Below are positions 31,119 to 41,400 of a DNA stretch of 64,000 nucleotides, piece after piece. The stretch spans positions 1,920,001-1,984,000 of the forward strand of contig CAXXQS010000001.1 in assembly GCA_963674735.2 (NCBI GenBank), written 5' to 3'. Origin of the DNA: Myxococcota bacterium (GTDB lineage: Bacteria > Myxococcota_A > SURF-8). Under the pieces are notes generated by a model, which worked only from the letters and a program-made list of their open reading frames with translations, was not told where the DNA came from and did no database searches. Within the stretch, counting starts at the first letter, position 1, and the number at the start of each line of letters is the position of its first letter. A program made the position numbers and the translations under genes.

Positions 31119-31481
31119 TTGAACGTCGAGATCCCTGACAAGATCTATTTCAAGATCGGCGAAGTGAGTCGGATTGCTGACGTTAAACCGTATGTTTTAC
31201 GGTATTGGGAAAGCGAGTTCCCGTCGATTAGGCCGACGAAGTCGAAGAGCAATCAGCGGCTTTATCAGCGCAAGGACATAGAAGCGATACTCGAAGTGAA
31301 GCACCTCCTCTATGAGAAGCGTTTCACAATCGACGGCGCGAGGTCTTACATAAGAAGTTCCAGTTCATCCAGCCCTACGGACGATTCCTCAGGCTTTAAC
31401 GATTGGACTTTACTAAAAGAAGAATTACTTGGTATTCGGCTTAAGTTACAAGCCGTTCGGGATCTTTTACAGAATAGTTAG
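31119..31481 (+). CDS. MerR-family regulator (conserved ihfA neighbour)
   Basis: IPDKIYFKIGEVS...YVLRYWESEF...QRLYQRKD. Confidence 0.9.
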   Translation: MNVEIPDKIYFKIGEVSRIADVKPYVLRYWESEFPSIRPTKSKSNQRLYQRKDIEAILEVKHLLYEKRFTIDGARSYIRSSSSSSPTDDSSGFNDWTLLKEELLGIRLKLQAVRDLLQNS

Positions 31482-31486
31482 CATAT

Positions 31487-31563
31487 CGGGGCGTAGCGCA
31501 GTCTGGTAGCGTACCTGAATGGGGTTCAGGTGGTCGCTGGTTCAAATCCAGTCGCCCCGACCA
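31487..31563 (+). tRNA. tRNA-Pro(GGG)
   Basis: CGGGGCG/CGCCCCG-A-CCA acceptor; CCTGA-AT-GGG-GT-TCAGG anticodon arm; GGTTCAAATCC T arm. Confidence 0.96.
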
Positions 31564-31571
31564 TATAAGTC

Positions 31572-31609
31572 AAGGCATCTCACTTAGTTGTGTGATGCCT
31601 TTTCTTTTT
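31572..31609 (+). terminator. Rho-independent terminator after tRNA-Pro
   Basis: aaggcatc.cac-ttagtt-gtg.gatgcctt followed by a T-run. Confidence 0.7.
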
Positions 31610-31701
31610 GGGATTGACCCTCCTGACCGAGAGCTACCAAGGAGCTACCATAGAAAATCGCAAACCATGCACGAAAATGAACGATGCAGTTCTAATTGCT
31701 G

Positions 31702-32500
31702 TCAGTGCTGAGACTCACATAGGGGCTCTGCTACCTCGATACTTGGGAAGTCCGAGAGTATTTGATCAACGCGGGATTGAAGATTGGCAATGAGTTTTCT
31801 TATCGTGGGCGTACCTAAGAGAGATTCAACGTCTTCGCGATTACAGCCACCGTACTCCGCCATGATCCAGACAAACTCCACTGTGTAGTCTGCATTCATC
31901 TTGAGAAGTGACCGTCGTGCGGAGTTGATTTCTTTCCGATCAGCCGGTAGCCATTTCACACCTTGTCTGGCCAGGATATGGATTACCTTTAGCAGGCACC
32001 GTGAATCTGAAGTGTCAATATCGTGGACCTTATTTCGACCATACAGATCGATGCTCCGGGTCCATTCTAAGCCAATAAGACAGGACTGCATCAGGGAGGC
32101 ACCTCCGTCGGGCATATCCGCAAACTGATACCCCTTCTCGATCAACTCCATGAGGAATTGGGCATTCCCTGCAAAGCAAGCTTCCCGTAGTATTACTTCG
32201 GCGATCGGATGGTCTGGCGGAACGTTAACTTGCTTGAGCTTGAAAATATCGAATCTTCGGCACTCCGCTGCCCATTCTAAGGCAGACATGTCTCCATCTG
32301 GATCGGGTTCATCATCTGGTGATACAGGCCCCCTGGTGTACGGATCTGCTCCTGCCCACAACATGAGCGATACCCATTTCATATTGCCTTCAAAACAATG
32401 GTGTCGTAACGCGTTGTTCATTTGCTCCTGGAAGTTGGGGAATTGATGTCCGTAACGCTTGATCACACCAAGGGTAGTTCGGATTCTCCAGCATGCTTTG
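31702..32500 (-). pseudogene. 5'-truncated ankyrin-like protein gene
   Basis: ALRHHCFEGNMKWVSLMLWAGADP...SALEWAA ankyrin-like segment; no RBS/start; an IS lies just upstream. Confidence 0.55.
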
Positions 32501-32766
32501 CTCCCCGTTGCATGGACCACCTGAAGAGTTAGAATCCGGGTTGAGAATGAGCCATGCGGCTCGACCGTTTGGATCGTAGCACAAGTTTCCCTTCCAATCA
32601 CCTTTTTCGTGATACACTTGTCGTACCCGTCCGGAGGATCGGGCTCTGCGGGAGCGCAACCCGAGCGCCGGGCGGGTGCTTATACCGATGGGCGCTGCCT
32701 TATGGCGGCGTCCTTCATATTTTCGCTTTCATCATCCTCGTTTCCCTAAGGCCCATCGGATAAGCC

Positions 32767-33606
32767 TTAAAGCGCTAAACTCCGGGGGTTCGGGGGCAGC
32801 GCCCCCGAGAAGAAACGCTGCCGCTCCTCTTGCGGCGTCCGATACTCCAGACTACTGTGTGGACGATACGTGTTGTATTTCCTACGCCACATTTCCGTCT
32901 TTACCTGCGCTTCCCTAAGCGTCAGGAATATCTCCATGTTCAAATGCTCGTCGCGCACCTTCGAGTTGAAACTCTCGATGAAACCGTTCTGCCAGGGACT
33001 GCCCGCGTCGATGTGCAGCGTGTCCGTGCCGCGCTTATTGAGCCACGTCTTGAGTTTCTCGGCAATGAATTCCGGGCCATTATCACTGCGGATAAAGGCC
33101 GGATTGCCGTACTGATTGAAGAGGCCATCGAGTATGCATATTAAGTCATCCGACTTGATGCCACGGTCCACATGGATCGCCAGGCCTTCCCGCGTGTACT
33201 CGTCCTCCACCGTCAACAGCTTGATCCGCCTGCCGTTGCTGAGCGAATCGAACATGAAATCGTAAGTCCATACGTGGTTCGGGCACTCAGCCTTGACCGG
33301 CAGGCCCGCCGACTTCGTTTTCTTTTTCTTGCGCGGTTTGCGTCTTGGCAGGCAAAGCTCCATCTCCCGCCAGACGCGGTACACCCGTTTCAAATTGACG
33401 ATGTCATCCCGGACGATCACGCCCCAGGCCCGGCGATAGCCGAAACGCGGCTCGTCTTCTGCAATCGCTTTCAGTCGGGCCGCCAAGGCTGAATCATCAC
33501 GCGGATGGGCCTTGTAGTAGTACGTGGATCGTCGCAGTTTCACCAACGCGGACAGACCACGCGAGGCCGCGTGATCCACCGCACACCGACGCTGCGCCGC
33601 CTTCAC
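32767..33606 (-). CDS. IS3 transposase OrfB (DDE integrase core)
   Basis: RFGYRR, WTYDF, RSDNGPEF, SPWQNGFIESFN, YNTYRPHSSL. Confidence 0.95.
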   Translation of the reverse strand: MKAAQRRCAVDHAASRGLSALVKLRRSTYYYKAHPRDDSALAARLKAIAEDEPRFGYRRAWGVIVRDDIVNLKRVYRVWREMELCLPRRKPRKKKKTKSAGLPVKAECPNHVWTYDFMFDSLSNGRRIKLLTVEDEYTREGLAIHVDRGIKSDDLICILDGLFNQYGNPAFIRSDNGPEFIAEKLKTWLNKRGTDTLHIDAGSPWQNGFIESFNSKVRDEHLNMEIFLTLREAQVKTEMWRRKYNTYRPHSSLEYRTPQEERQRFFSGALPPNPRSLAL

Positions 33607-33872
33607 CAGTTTTTTTCCAACAACTCCTTGGCCACGTCGAGTTCCAGATCCCGCTCGGCCAACAGCCGTTTCAAGCGGGCGTTCTCTTTTTCAAGATCTT
33701 TAAGCCGCTTTGTCTCCGAAACCGACAGGCCCCCGAATTTTTTGCGCCAGCGATAGAACGACTGCTCCGACACCCCGTGCTTGCGGCAGATCTCCTGCAC
33801 CGTCGAGGTCTTGCACTCCGCTTCCTTCAAAATCGTCACGATCTGCTCGTCCGAAAACCGCTTTCCTTTCAT
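33603..33872 (-). CDS. IS3 transposase OrfA
   Basis: MKGKRFSDEQI...CRKHGVSEQSFYRWRKKFGG...LEKENARLK. Confidence 0.93.
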   Translation of the reverse strand: MKGKRFSDEQIVTILKEAECKTSTVQEICRKHGVSEQSFYRWRKKFGGLSVSETKRLKDLEKENARLKRLLAERDLELDVAKELLEKNW

Positions 33873-33984
33873 CAGAATCCCTCCTTGAATCATCGGAGGA
33901 TTCTAACACATCAGCGGTCCAGCTTTTGGGGGGCAAGGCAGCATGTTAGAATTCAGCTGAATTTCCTAGAAAGGAGTCGCGGTT

Positions 33985-34260
33985 ATGGCGAAGCGAAGGA
34001 GTGTTGAAAACATCATCGGTCAGTTGCGCAAGGTCGAAGTTTTGCAATCCCAGGGGCAAACGATTGCGCAGTCTGTCAAGGCAATTGGCGTAACAGAGCA
34101 AACCTACTACCGTTGGCGCAAAGAGTATGGCCGTTTGAATCTGGACCAGGCCAAACGTCTGCGCGAGCTTGAGGATGAAAACGCCCGTCTGAAGAAGCTG
34201 GTGGCCGATCTGTCCCTGGACAAGGCGATCCTGAAGGAAGTTGCCGAGGGAAAGTTCTGA
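33985..34260 (+). CDS. IS3 transposase OrfA
   Basis: [16 protein letters not shown]...[21 protein letters not shown]. Confidence 0.93.
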   Translation: MAKRRSVENIIGQLRKVEVLQSQGQTIAQSVKAIGVTEQTYYRWRKEYGRLNLDQAKRLRELEDENARLKKLVADLSLDKAILKEVAEGKF

Positions 34261-34283
34261 GCCCTGCGAAGCGGCAAGCGGCG

Positions 34284-35144
34284 GTGAGGCATGTGATGGC
34301 GATCCAGCATGTTTCCGAGCGTCGGGCTTGTTGCGTCCTGGGCCAGCCCCGTTCGACCCAACGTCGCGTTCGAATTTCTCGCTCGGACGAAGCTCTGCTG
34401 ACCCAAGCTATTGTCAAATTGGCAAGCCGTTACGGACGCTACGGATATCGTCGGATCACTGCGCTCTTACGCGCAGACGGCTGGCGTGTCAACCACAAGC
34501 GGGTGGCTCGGATCTGGCGTGAGCAGGGATTGAAAGTACCGAAGAAGCAGCCGAAGCGCGGGAGATTGTGGCTGAATGATGGGAGTTGTATTCGACTGCG
34601 GTCACTCTTTACTGATCATGTTTGGAGCTATGATTTCGTGCAGGATCGCACACGCGATGGGAGAGCTTTGCGAATTCTGTGCGTGATCGACGAGTACAGC
34701 CGGGAGTGTTTGGCACTGACGGTGAAACGGAATCTGAATTCTCAAGACGTGCTGCGAACTCTGGATGATCTGTTTATCAGGCGTGGCATCCCGAAGCATA
34801 TCCGCAGTGATAACGGGTCTGAGTTTACGGCGAAAGCAGTGCGTGACTGGCTGAAGATGCTTGCAGTGAAGCCACTCTACATCGAGCCGGGCAGTCCGTG
34901 GGAGAATGGTTACGTTGAAAGTTTCAATGGGAAACTTAGGGATGAATTGCTGAATCGAGAGTTGTTTGATAGTTTGAAGGAGGCTCAGGTTCTGATCGAA
35001 AGTTGGCGGCAACATTACAATACGGTGCGTCCGCACAGTGCGTTGGGCTACAAGCCACCAGCACCGGAGTCGATTTTACCGCCGATTGCCGTCGGAGAAT
35101 TCCAAGGTCTCCAAAGTCAATCGGCTGGTTATCGTCTAACATGA
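34284..35144 (+). CDS. IS3 transposase OrfB
   Basis: [43 protein letters not shown]. Confidence 0.95.
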   Translation: MRHVMAIQHVSERRACCVLGQPRSTQRRVRISRSDEALLTQAIVKLASRYGRYGYRRITALLRADGWRVNHKRVARIWREQGLKVPKKQPKRGRLWLNDGSCIRLRSLFTDHVWSYDFVQDRTRDGRALRILCVIDEYSRECLALTVKRNLNSQDVLRTLDDLFIRRGIPKHIRSDNGSEFTAKAVRDWLKMLAVKPLYIEPGSPWENGYVESFNGKLRDELLNRELFDSLKEAQVLIESWRQHYNTVRPHSALGYKPPAPESILPPIAVGEFQGLQSQSAGYRLT

Positions 35145-35212
35145 AAACTGGAGTCAATATCGGGGTCAGGTCAGTACAACATGCTAATATTGGCTTCATG
35201 CCACTCAACGTG

Positions 35213-37084
35213 TCATATACCATCATTGATTGTTCTGACAAGCCGGAAGCCAACATGATTTGCTTTGTTCGCAGGTTGGCGATAACAACGTCTACCAAGT
35301 ATGCAAGCTTCCGCTGAACTTCCCCAGAAACACCCCCGAAACGCGATGCCATAGTTTTCCGAGCCCTCTGAAAAATCAATTCCCGCAGGACTCGTCTCCG
35401 GATCATTTCCAGAATATAGATGGATATCAGGATTAAATTTGTCATAAACCCATTCTCTTGTGTTTCCGAGAATATCGTAAATACAATTTCCGTTAGGCTG
35501 TTTCAATGCAATTGGCTTCGTTCCACAATATATTCCCGAAGGTCCGCCCAGTATCGAACACTCCACGGCATCTTCATACTCAACGTGAGAATTCATAAGA
35601 TACCACGCGCTTAAATCAAGCACCGGGTCCAATACATCATCGTAAATCGTAATATTTCCGTTGTATGCATAGGTCGTTGTGCCTGCTCGCGCAACATATT
35701 CCCATTCAGCCTCTGTGGGTAACCGGTAACCTTCACAATCGTAGGCGGAAGCAACCTGATTAAGCGTGATTACTGCATTGGAAATGCCTCCGCGCGTAAG
35801 GCAATCCGCCTCGGCTTCCACCGTTTCGTCGTTTCCACACGTAATGGAATCAAATATGTAACACGGGGTAAGTCCTTCCTGCTGCGACAAATTGTTTGCG
35901 TAGTGTAGGGCATCGAAATAAGTTACGCTCTCGACCGGGCAAGTTGGGCCGCAAGCGGAGAACTCTGAAGGGTTGCTTCCCATCAGCGATTCATAATCTG
36001 CTTGCGTGACCTTTGTGTTCATTACATAAATATCGCGGCTTAGTGAAACTTGATGCGGAGTCGCCATCATATCGAGGGAAAACCCCATCGTAAAGGAACC
36101 CGCTGAAATCGGCACAAAACGGCGCTCGACGACCGGTGGCGTACACGTCGATGTATCGAAAGCGGTGCATTGATCGTTACAAGTCGCTATTTCATCTGCA
36201 TAATCGGAACAGATATCGGAACACAGTATCGTGCTTGAATCACAAACTTCTTTATCTTCCAGAGTTTCATTTCCACAAATATTTTTCAGACATCTCCCGT
36301 CCTCGCAACCCAACTCGCATTCCGTAACCTCGAAGTTGTGGCAATCATAATAATATTCGTAGATGCAATTTTCCAAATTGTCTACGTTGCAACGATGCCA
36401 GCTTCCTATACATTCATTGTTGCAGGTAACACAATATGACACATCGGGACAGAAACCGTTTAAGCATTCGTGTTGCTTGACCCACGTCGTGCAGGTATCG
36501 CTTATACGCTCGCAGGTCCACATCGCCGCAAATTCCCAGTAATTACACTGTTCCTCACCGATTACGCTGCAAGGGTAGGGGCAATCCTCGCTCTCCTCTT
36601 CGGTGCTTTCATTTCCTTCGAAGCTATCGTCTTCCGTGTTGTTCTCGTTTTCATTGCTTTCAATGATTTCTAATTCTTCGTCGGCATCGAACACATCCTG
36701 CTCGACAATTTCGTTATCACCATCGCTTTCATTTTCATAATCACTATCTGAATCCAGGTCACCATCACTTACGCTCTCGCAATCACTATCGGAATCCATT
36801 CTATCGAAATCGGAATATTCATCCGATTCTTGATCGCCATCGGCAGGCAGATCACCGTCAATCGAATTGTCCTCATCGTCCGCTAACTCGCGATCCAAGT
36901 CGCCGTCTTCCGGCGTGGATGAATCATCCTCTGTAAGCTCATCAGCTTCACGATCGGACTCAATATCCAACTTGAAATCACCATCGCGATCGCCGTCGAG
37001 CGTATCGTCATTCGATGAATTGCAGGAAATACAGAGCGCAGCCAACAAGGCGAGTAATAGAAGCTTCATGCTCGTCCACCTCAT
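35213..37084 (-). CDS. Lipoprotein with acidic DGD linker, Cys-rich repeats and C-terminal FGE-sulfatase (SUMF1/CLec-fold) domain
   Basis: Lipobox CISC; D/E-rich linker; ISAGSFTMG, VTQADY, PVESVTY, GYRLPTEAEWEYVARAG, YDILGNTREW, VGFRLVR. Confidence 0.9.
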   Translation of the reverse strand: MRWTSMKLLLLALLAALCISCNSSNDDTLDGDRDGDFKLDIESDREADELTEDDSSTPEDGDLDRELADDEDNSIDGDLPADGDQESDEYSDFDRMDSDSDCESVSDGDLDSDSDYENESDGDNEIVEQDVFDADEELEIIESNENENNTEDDSFEGNESTEEESEDCPYPCSVIGEEQCNYWEFAAMWTCERISDTCTTWVKQHECLNGFCPDVSYCVTCNNECIGSWHRCNVDNLENCIYEYYYDCHNFEVTECELGCEDGRCLKNICGNETLEDKEVCDSSTILCSDICSDYADEIATCNDQCTAFDTSTCTPPVVERRFVPISAGSFTMGFSLDMMATPHQVSLSRDIYVMNTKVTQADYESLMGSNPSEFSACGPTCPVESVTYFDALHYANNLSQQEGLTPCYIFDSITCGNDETVEAEADCLTRGGISNAVITLNQVASAYDCEGYRLPTEAEWEYVARAGTTTYAYNGNITIYDDVLDPVLDLSAWYLMNSHVEYEDAVECSILGGPSGIYCGTKPIALKQPNGNCIYDILGNTREWVYDKFNPDIHLYSGNDPETSPAGIDFSEGSENYGIAFRGCFWGSSAEACILGRRCYRQPANKANHVGFRLVRTINDGI

Positions 37085-37136
37085 GAAGGGAAATGAATTA
37101 TCCCCAATATTCGATCACTACAGGAATAAAGTTTCC

Positions 37137-38471
37137 TTATTGGGTCCATTCATCGAGCGGCCCGGCGATCCCGCGAATGGAATAATCGTAGGGCGATAGC
37201 CACATTACATCGCCGTCGTCGGTAACAAGCCAGTGCTGCGTCGAGCCGAGAATCGCATCGGAGGCTGGTGTGCCATTCGGCGCGAAACCATAAAGATTGG
37301 ACTGCATGGGCACACCTGCGACCCGCTGGAGACCACCACGCTCGGCATCAATAATGAAAAGAGCGGAGTGAGTGCCCGAGAGGACGTAGGTAATTCCGTT
37401 ATAGGAAATAATGCTTTTATTGCTTATACAACAATCTAAAGAAAATGGCAGCCATGCCGCTTCGCACTCAGGATATTCAACCCAATGCTTGCACACCTCC
37501 AGTTCGGGCTCCAGGTGCGTTTCCAACAACCAATCTCCATTTTCGTTCGTATCTATTGAAACAAGCCGACCAATAAACTCTGCCCAGCCCCGCCGATTTA
37601 GGATAGGAAAAAGGAATCCTCCATAATTTGAGTATTCCGGTTTATTGATTCCTCCACACGCCGAATAGTAGGTGCCGTCAGGATCACAATATGACCGAAT
37701 CAGCTCCATGTAATTGTTCTGAATCGACACTCTATAAAATCCACTTTCCTTGCGCATTACAATACTTTCTTCAGTTTCTTCTTTCATACGACCAATAATA
37801 TCAATTTCAGACCAGTTCGCGATTGAAAGAAAATGAAAATGAGATTCTTTCTCGGTTAAATCATAAGCTAATATCCCTGATGCGACATAATCAGGATTCT
37901 CGTATAGCCATCCGTCTTTATAGAATGATAAATATAATCTATCATCAATAATAACACTATCAATGACTTCGGGCGGAGTTGTCTGCGGCTCCCATCCTTG
38001 TTCGGAAATCTCCGGCAACTTGATGTAATCCAAAATCTCGGACGTCTCTTCCGTCAGCGAATACAAGACGAAATCCCAGTCCTTGTTGTAACTGATTTTA
38101 GTGGGATCAATTGCTAGAATTCGCTTGTTGGCTTCGTCCCAAACAATCGGAAAATTCATGCCGGTTGTCGGGATTTGCGGGTAATAATCGCGCGGGAAAA
38201 AGCCCCAGGTGAAGGTCTGCCCCGTCTCAACTTCATCACGCCAGAGAGTTTTTGGATACTCCACATCCGCGGGATTTTCCGGGCGGGGTCGCGCTTCTGC
38301 CTCTTGTTCCTCTTCCACCTCGATATCGCTGTCGCCATCGATTTCGAGGTCTTCATCCCCGCCGCTCAACTCACCGCCACCGCAACCGACGACCAGCACT
38401 AGGCACAAATATACAATTACTGCCCATCCGCATCCGCGGTTTCGACACTTCCGGCTACGCTTCTTGCTCAT
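37137..38471 (-). CDS. Lipoprotein of unknown function (possibly beta-propeller-like)
   Basis: Lipobox VVGC, GGDEDLEIDGD linker; the start overlaps the upstream stop by 4 nt (ATGA). Confidence 0.75.
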   Translation of the reverse strand: MSKKRSRKCRNRGCGWAVIVYLCLVLVVGCGGGELSGGDEDLEIDGDSDIEVEEEQEAEARPRPENPADVEYPKTLWRDEVETGQTFTWGFFPRDYYPQIPTTGMNFPIVWDEANKRILAIDPTKISYNKDWDFVLYSLTEETSEILDYIKLPEISEQGWEPQTTPPEVIDSVIIDDRLYLSFYKDGWLYENPDYVASGILAYDLTEKESHFHFLSIANWSEIDIIGRMKEETEESIVMRKESGFYRVSIQNNYMELIRSYCDPDGTYYSACGGINKPEYSNYGGFLFPILNRRGWAEFIGRLVSIDTNENGDWLLETHLEPELEVCKHWVEYPECEAAWLPFSLDCCISNKSIISYNGITYVLSGTHSALFIIDAERGGLQRVAGVPMQSNLYGFAPNGTPASDAILGSTQHWLVTDDGDVMWLSPYDYSIRGIAGPLDEWTQ

Positions 38472-41400
38472 TCAACCTCTTTCCAGTAGGCAACCGGAGA
38501 TTTTAATCGGGCCACGACAAACACCACGTCGATACGACTGATCTTATCGACATCCTTCCATGTGTTATCGAATTCGTTCTGATAGGAATATGGCGTAGGA
38601 TAATCCTGGCCTATCTGGCTCATTAGGATGTCCGGCGCATCGGTATCCCTCTGCTCATTATAGCAGAGATTGCTTGGAATGGAGTAGCCATAGTCTCGAT
38701 TATGCGATCTGACCACCCGAGTTAGCTCTTCCGCCCGATCGCCATCGTAAACCAGATACCAAGACCCTAAGACAGGAAGACCTCGGATATGTGAAGAGTA
38801 GAGGTATTCCATATCTTGCATTATGGAACCGCTACGATAATCGTTTACAATTGTTCCGTTTCCCGTGGTTGCGGCATCTTCATGGAAAAGATGCTGTCGC
38901 TCATACCAGCTAAGCAAAGGTTTCGGACACGTCACCGCCCGTTTTGCAATTTCTCCACTTAGACCTTTAAACGAAACCGTGACTGGGCTGTTGCATGTCA
39001 ATTCTCCATCGATCCTAAGCGGCTCAAGCCCCCAAGCGGCAGCATTGACAATAAACAGGTTTCCTTGATCATCTTTGTGCGGAAATCCGTTTTCGTAATA
39101 ATAAAAGTTGTCGTGTACACCGCCATCGGGACATTCCAGCGGATTTACTCCTGTTGATGGATCATTGTCCAAATCCGCCGTTATGCAGCAGTTAACCTGC
39201 ATACCCGTTTGTGCGTCATACTCACACCAGTAATCGGCATAATAAACCTTATACCGCACCTCGTAAACGACCGGAGGCGCGATATGTATTCCATTTTCAT
39301 CAACGATGCTCTCGTAGGTATTAATTCCAAGATCCTGCGGAGACACCGTGAACTTGGTCACACCTTTCGAAAGAAAGGCATCCGCAGGTCCAGCGTAGTG
39401 GCAATCCTCGTCCGGACAAACTTCGAACGAGCTTCTATCGCAGTAGCGCGGCTGCTCGATCAGCAAGGTCGCCTGACAGTTTTCTCCGTTTTCATCGCAA
39501 TCTTCGACCATCTCCCCGGTATCTTCTGCCTCGTAGTAACATGGAATACGTTCGAGCGTCTTCACGACATACGTAAAGGGCATAAACGTTTGACCGCCAT
39601 CGCCGAGTGACAATTTCAGATTATCGACACTTTCCGCGAGTAGACTTGCATAGCCGCTAGTCATGCTCTCAATCTTTTCTTCAATATTCTCTACTATCCA
39701 ATGATCTTCATTGTAATCCTTTCTTGCTTCTAATACCTTTTCTCTATATGATGAATCAATAGCATCATATTCTTGTTCCTGCATGATGGCAGGCAACTGG
39801 AAACGGTAGTTAGACAGGTTATCCCAAAGGCTGGTGTGAAAACCATATCTGGGATAACGCTTGAAAGCGTTTTCCTGCGGACTCCAAGATGCGGGAAGCG
39901 TAACATAGGGCGGGACTTCACTCTGCCCTAAAGTCGTGTACATAATCTGCGAAGCGCTGTAGATCTCTCGTTTTGCGGCCTCGACGGAAAGCCTCAATCC
40001 TTCGCATGTACTACCCAACCCAACACGGTCGTATTGATCGTCGCGCCAATTCAAATTAACGTATTTCCGCCAACTCGCGATATCTTCCAAAAATGTTTCC
40101 TGGTTTTCGATGTTCTGTCCATGGTAATTCATTGTCAATAGCGCCTGTTGTAACTGCATTTGTATCATCTGGGAGCTGATGCGCATTGATTCAACGATTT
40201 GTGAAATCGTTAATAACTGAATTTGGAATTCAGCCAAATGCATTTCTAAAAACGCCCGATCATTTCCGGGACAAGGATCTGTTCCAAATATCCACTCTAA
40301 AACCGTACTGAGTGTCCCCAGAGCTTCGCCAATGGGTCCGAAAAAGTCTGCCATTTCGCCTAAAACATCCGAAACCTCACCCAAATTTTCGTATACACCG
40401 AAATATTCCGGCATGGCCATACTCATGAGATAGTTATCTCGCATTTCATATAAACGCATCGTGTTTTCATCAAAGCAAAGTTGCCGTATCTTATCGCACA
40501 ATGTTTTCCCTTTACTAAAAGCTTGTGTCATGTATCCATTCACATCGCGTGCGGTGTTCAACATTTCCGTATTTATATACTCTTCACCGTAACATCTATC
40601 CGTCATTTCGTTGAGCATCTGCACAAGGCCAGTTTCCCGATTGCAAACAAGTCCCTCTTCCGTCATATCGCAACCCAGCATTAGTTGCGCACGTCTCGCA
40701 AAGCCATCCAGAGACTCGTTAAGTTCTGCCTCTAATGCGATTAAGCTATCCACTAGCATTTTGAAATCGTAAATCTGCTTTGAGGATGTGTTGATCTGTT
40801 GATCCGCATATCTAGTCAGAATTTCGCCCATCATGTCCATTCGTTCTTGAAGTCCCTGAGTAAAGATCGCATCTTGGCGTCGATCTCGAAGGGTTGTAAG
40901 CAAAATATTGATGCTATCTTGAAGCTTGTACCAGCGTTGAATATAACTATCGAACCCAGTTGGACGCGATACATAAGCGTAGGAATTCAAATATGGATCC
41001 ATATATGAAGGATTTTCGTAATCTTCTCCTTCATTTGCTAAATCGAAGTTTGACAACTGATACCAAGATCGTGCAAGTGAACCATAAGGCATATCTATTG
41101 AGTTCACCTTAATGCCCAGCAAGTCTTCTTGTTTCGGATTCCTATATTCTTCCAACTTTTCAAATGTATCAGATCTTAATGCACACTCTTTTACTGAATA
41201 GGGATGTTGTCCCACTATGACATATCGATTAGTTTTAAAATAATTATCTATTGCTTTAGCGAATAATAATGTCAATCTCGGAGAATTCGGGTAATACATT
41301 GGTAAAGCATCAAACAGCTCATATGCAAGTTTCAGGAAATTGTTTTTATCTCTCATTGGTATGGCAGCTGCATCATCTGCTCTATCTGCAGCCTGCAAAT

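Larger units (their letters stand above)
32619..33940 (-). mobile_element. IS3-family insertion sequence (copy 1)
   Basis: IRL TGCCTTGCCCCCCAAAAGCTGGACC at 33940 (minus strand); weaker IRR candidate TGTCGTACCCGTCCGGAGGATC at 32619; orfA/orfB with A7C slippery site. Confidence 0.85.
33941..35173 (+). mobile_element. IS3-family insertion sequence (copy 2), left IR missing
   Basis: IRR ...GGGGTCAGGTCA ends at 35173; the left end abuts the IRL of copy 1; GGGAAAG slippery site at the orfA end. Confidence 0.85.

Noticed and set aside
35213-35350. Diversity-generating retroelement target (C-terminus of the FGE-sulfatase domain)
   Set aside because: No reverse transcriptase, no template repeat copy and no adenine-specific variant repeat seen. 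An IS sits 40 bp downstream, so past loss cannot be excluded, but there is no positive evidence.
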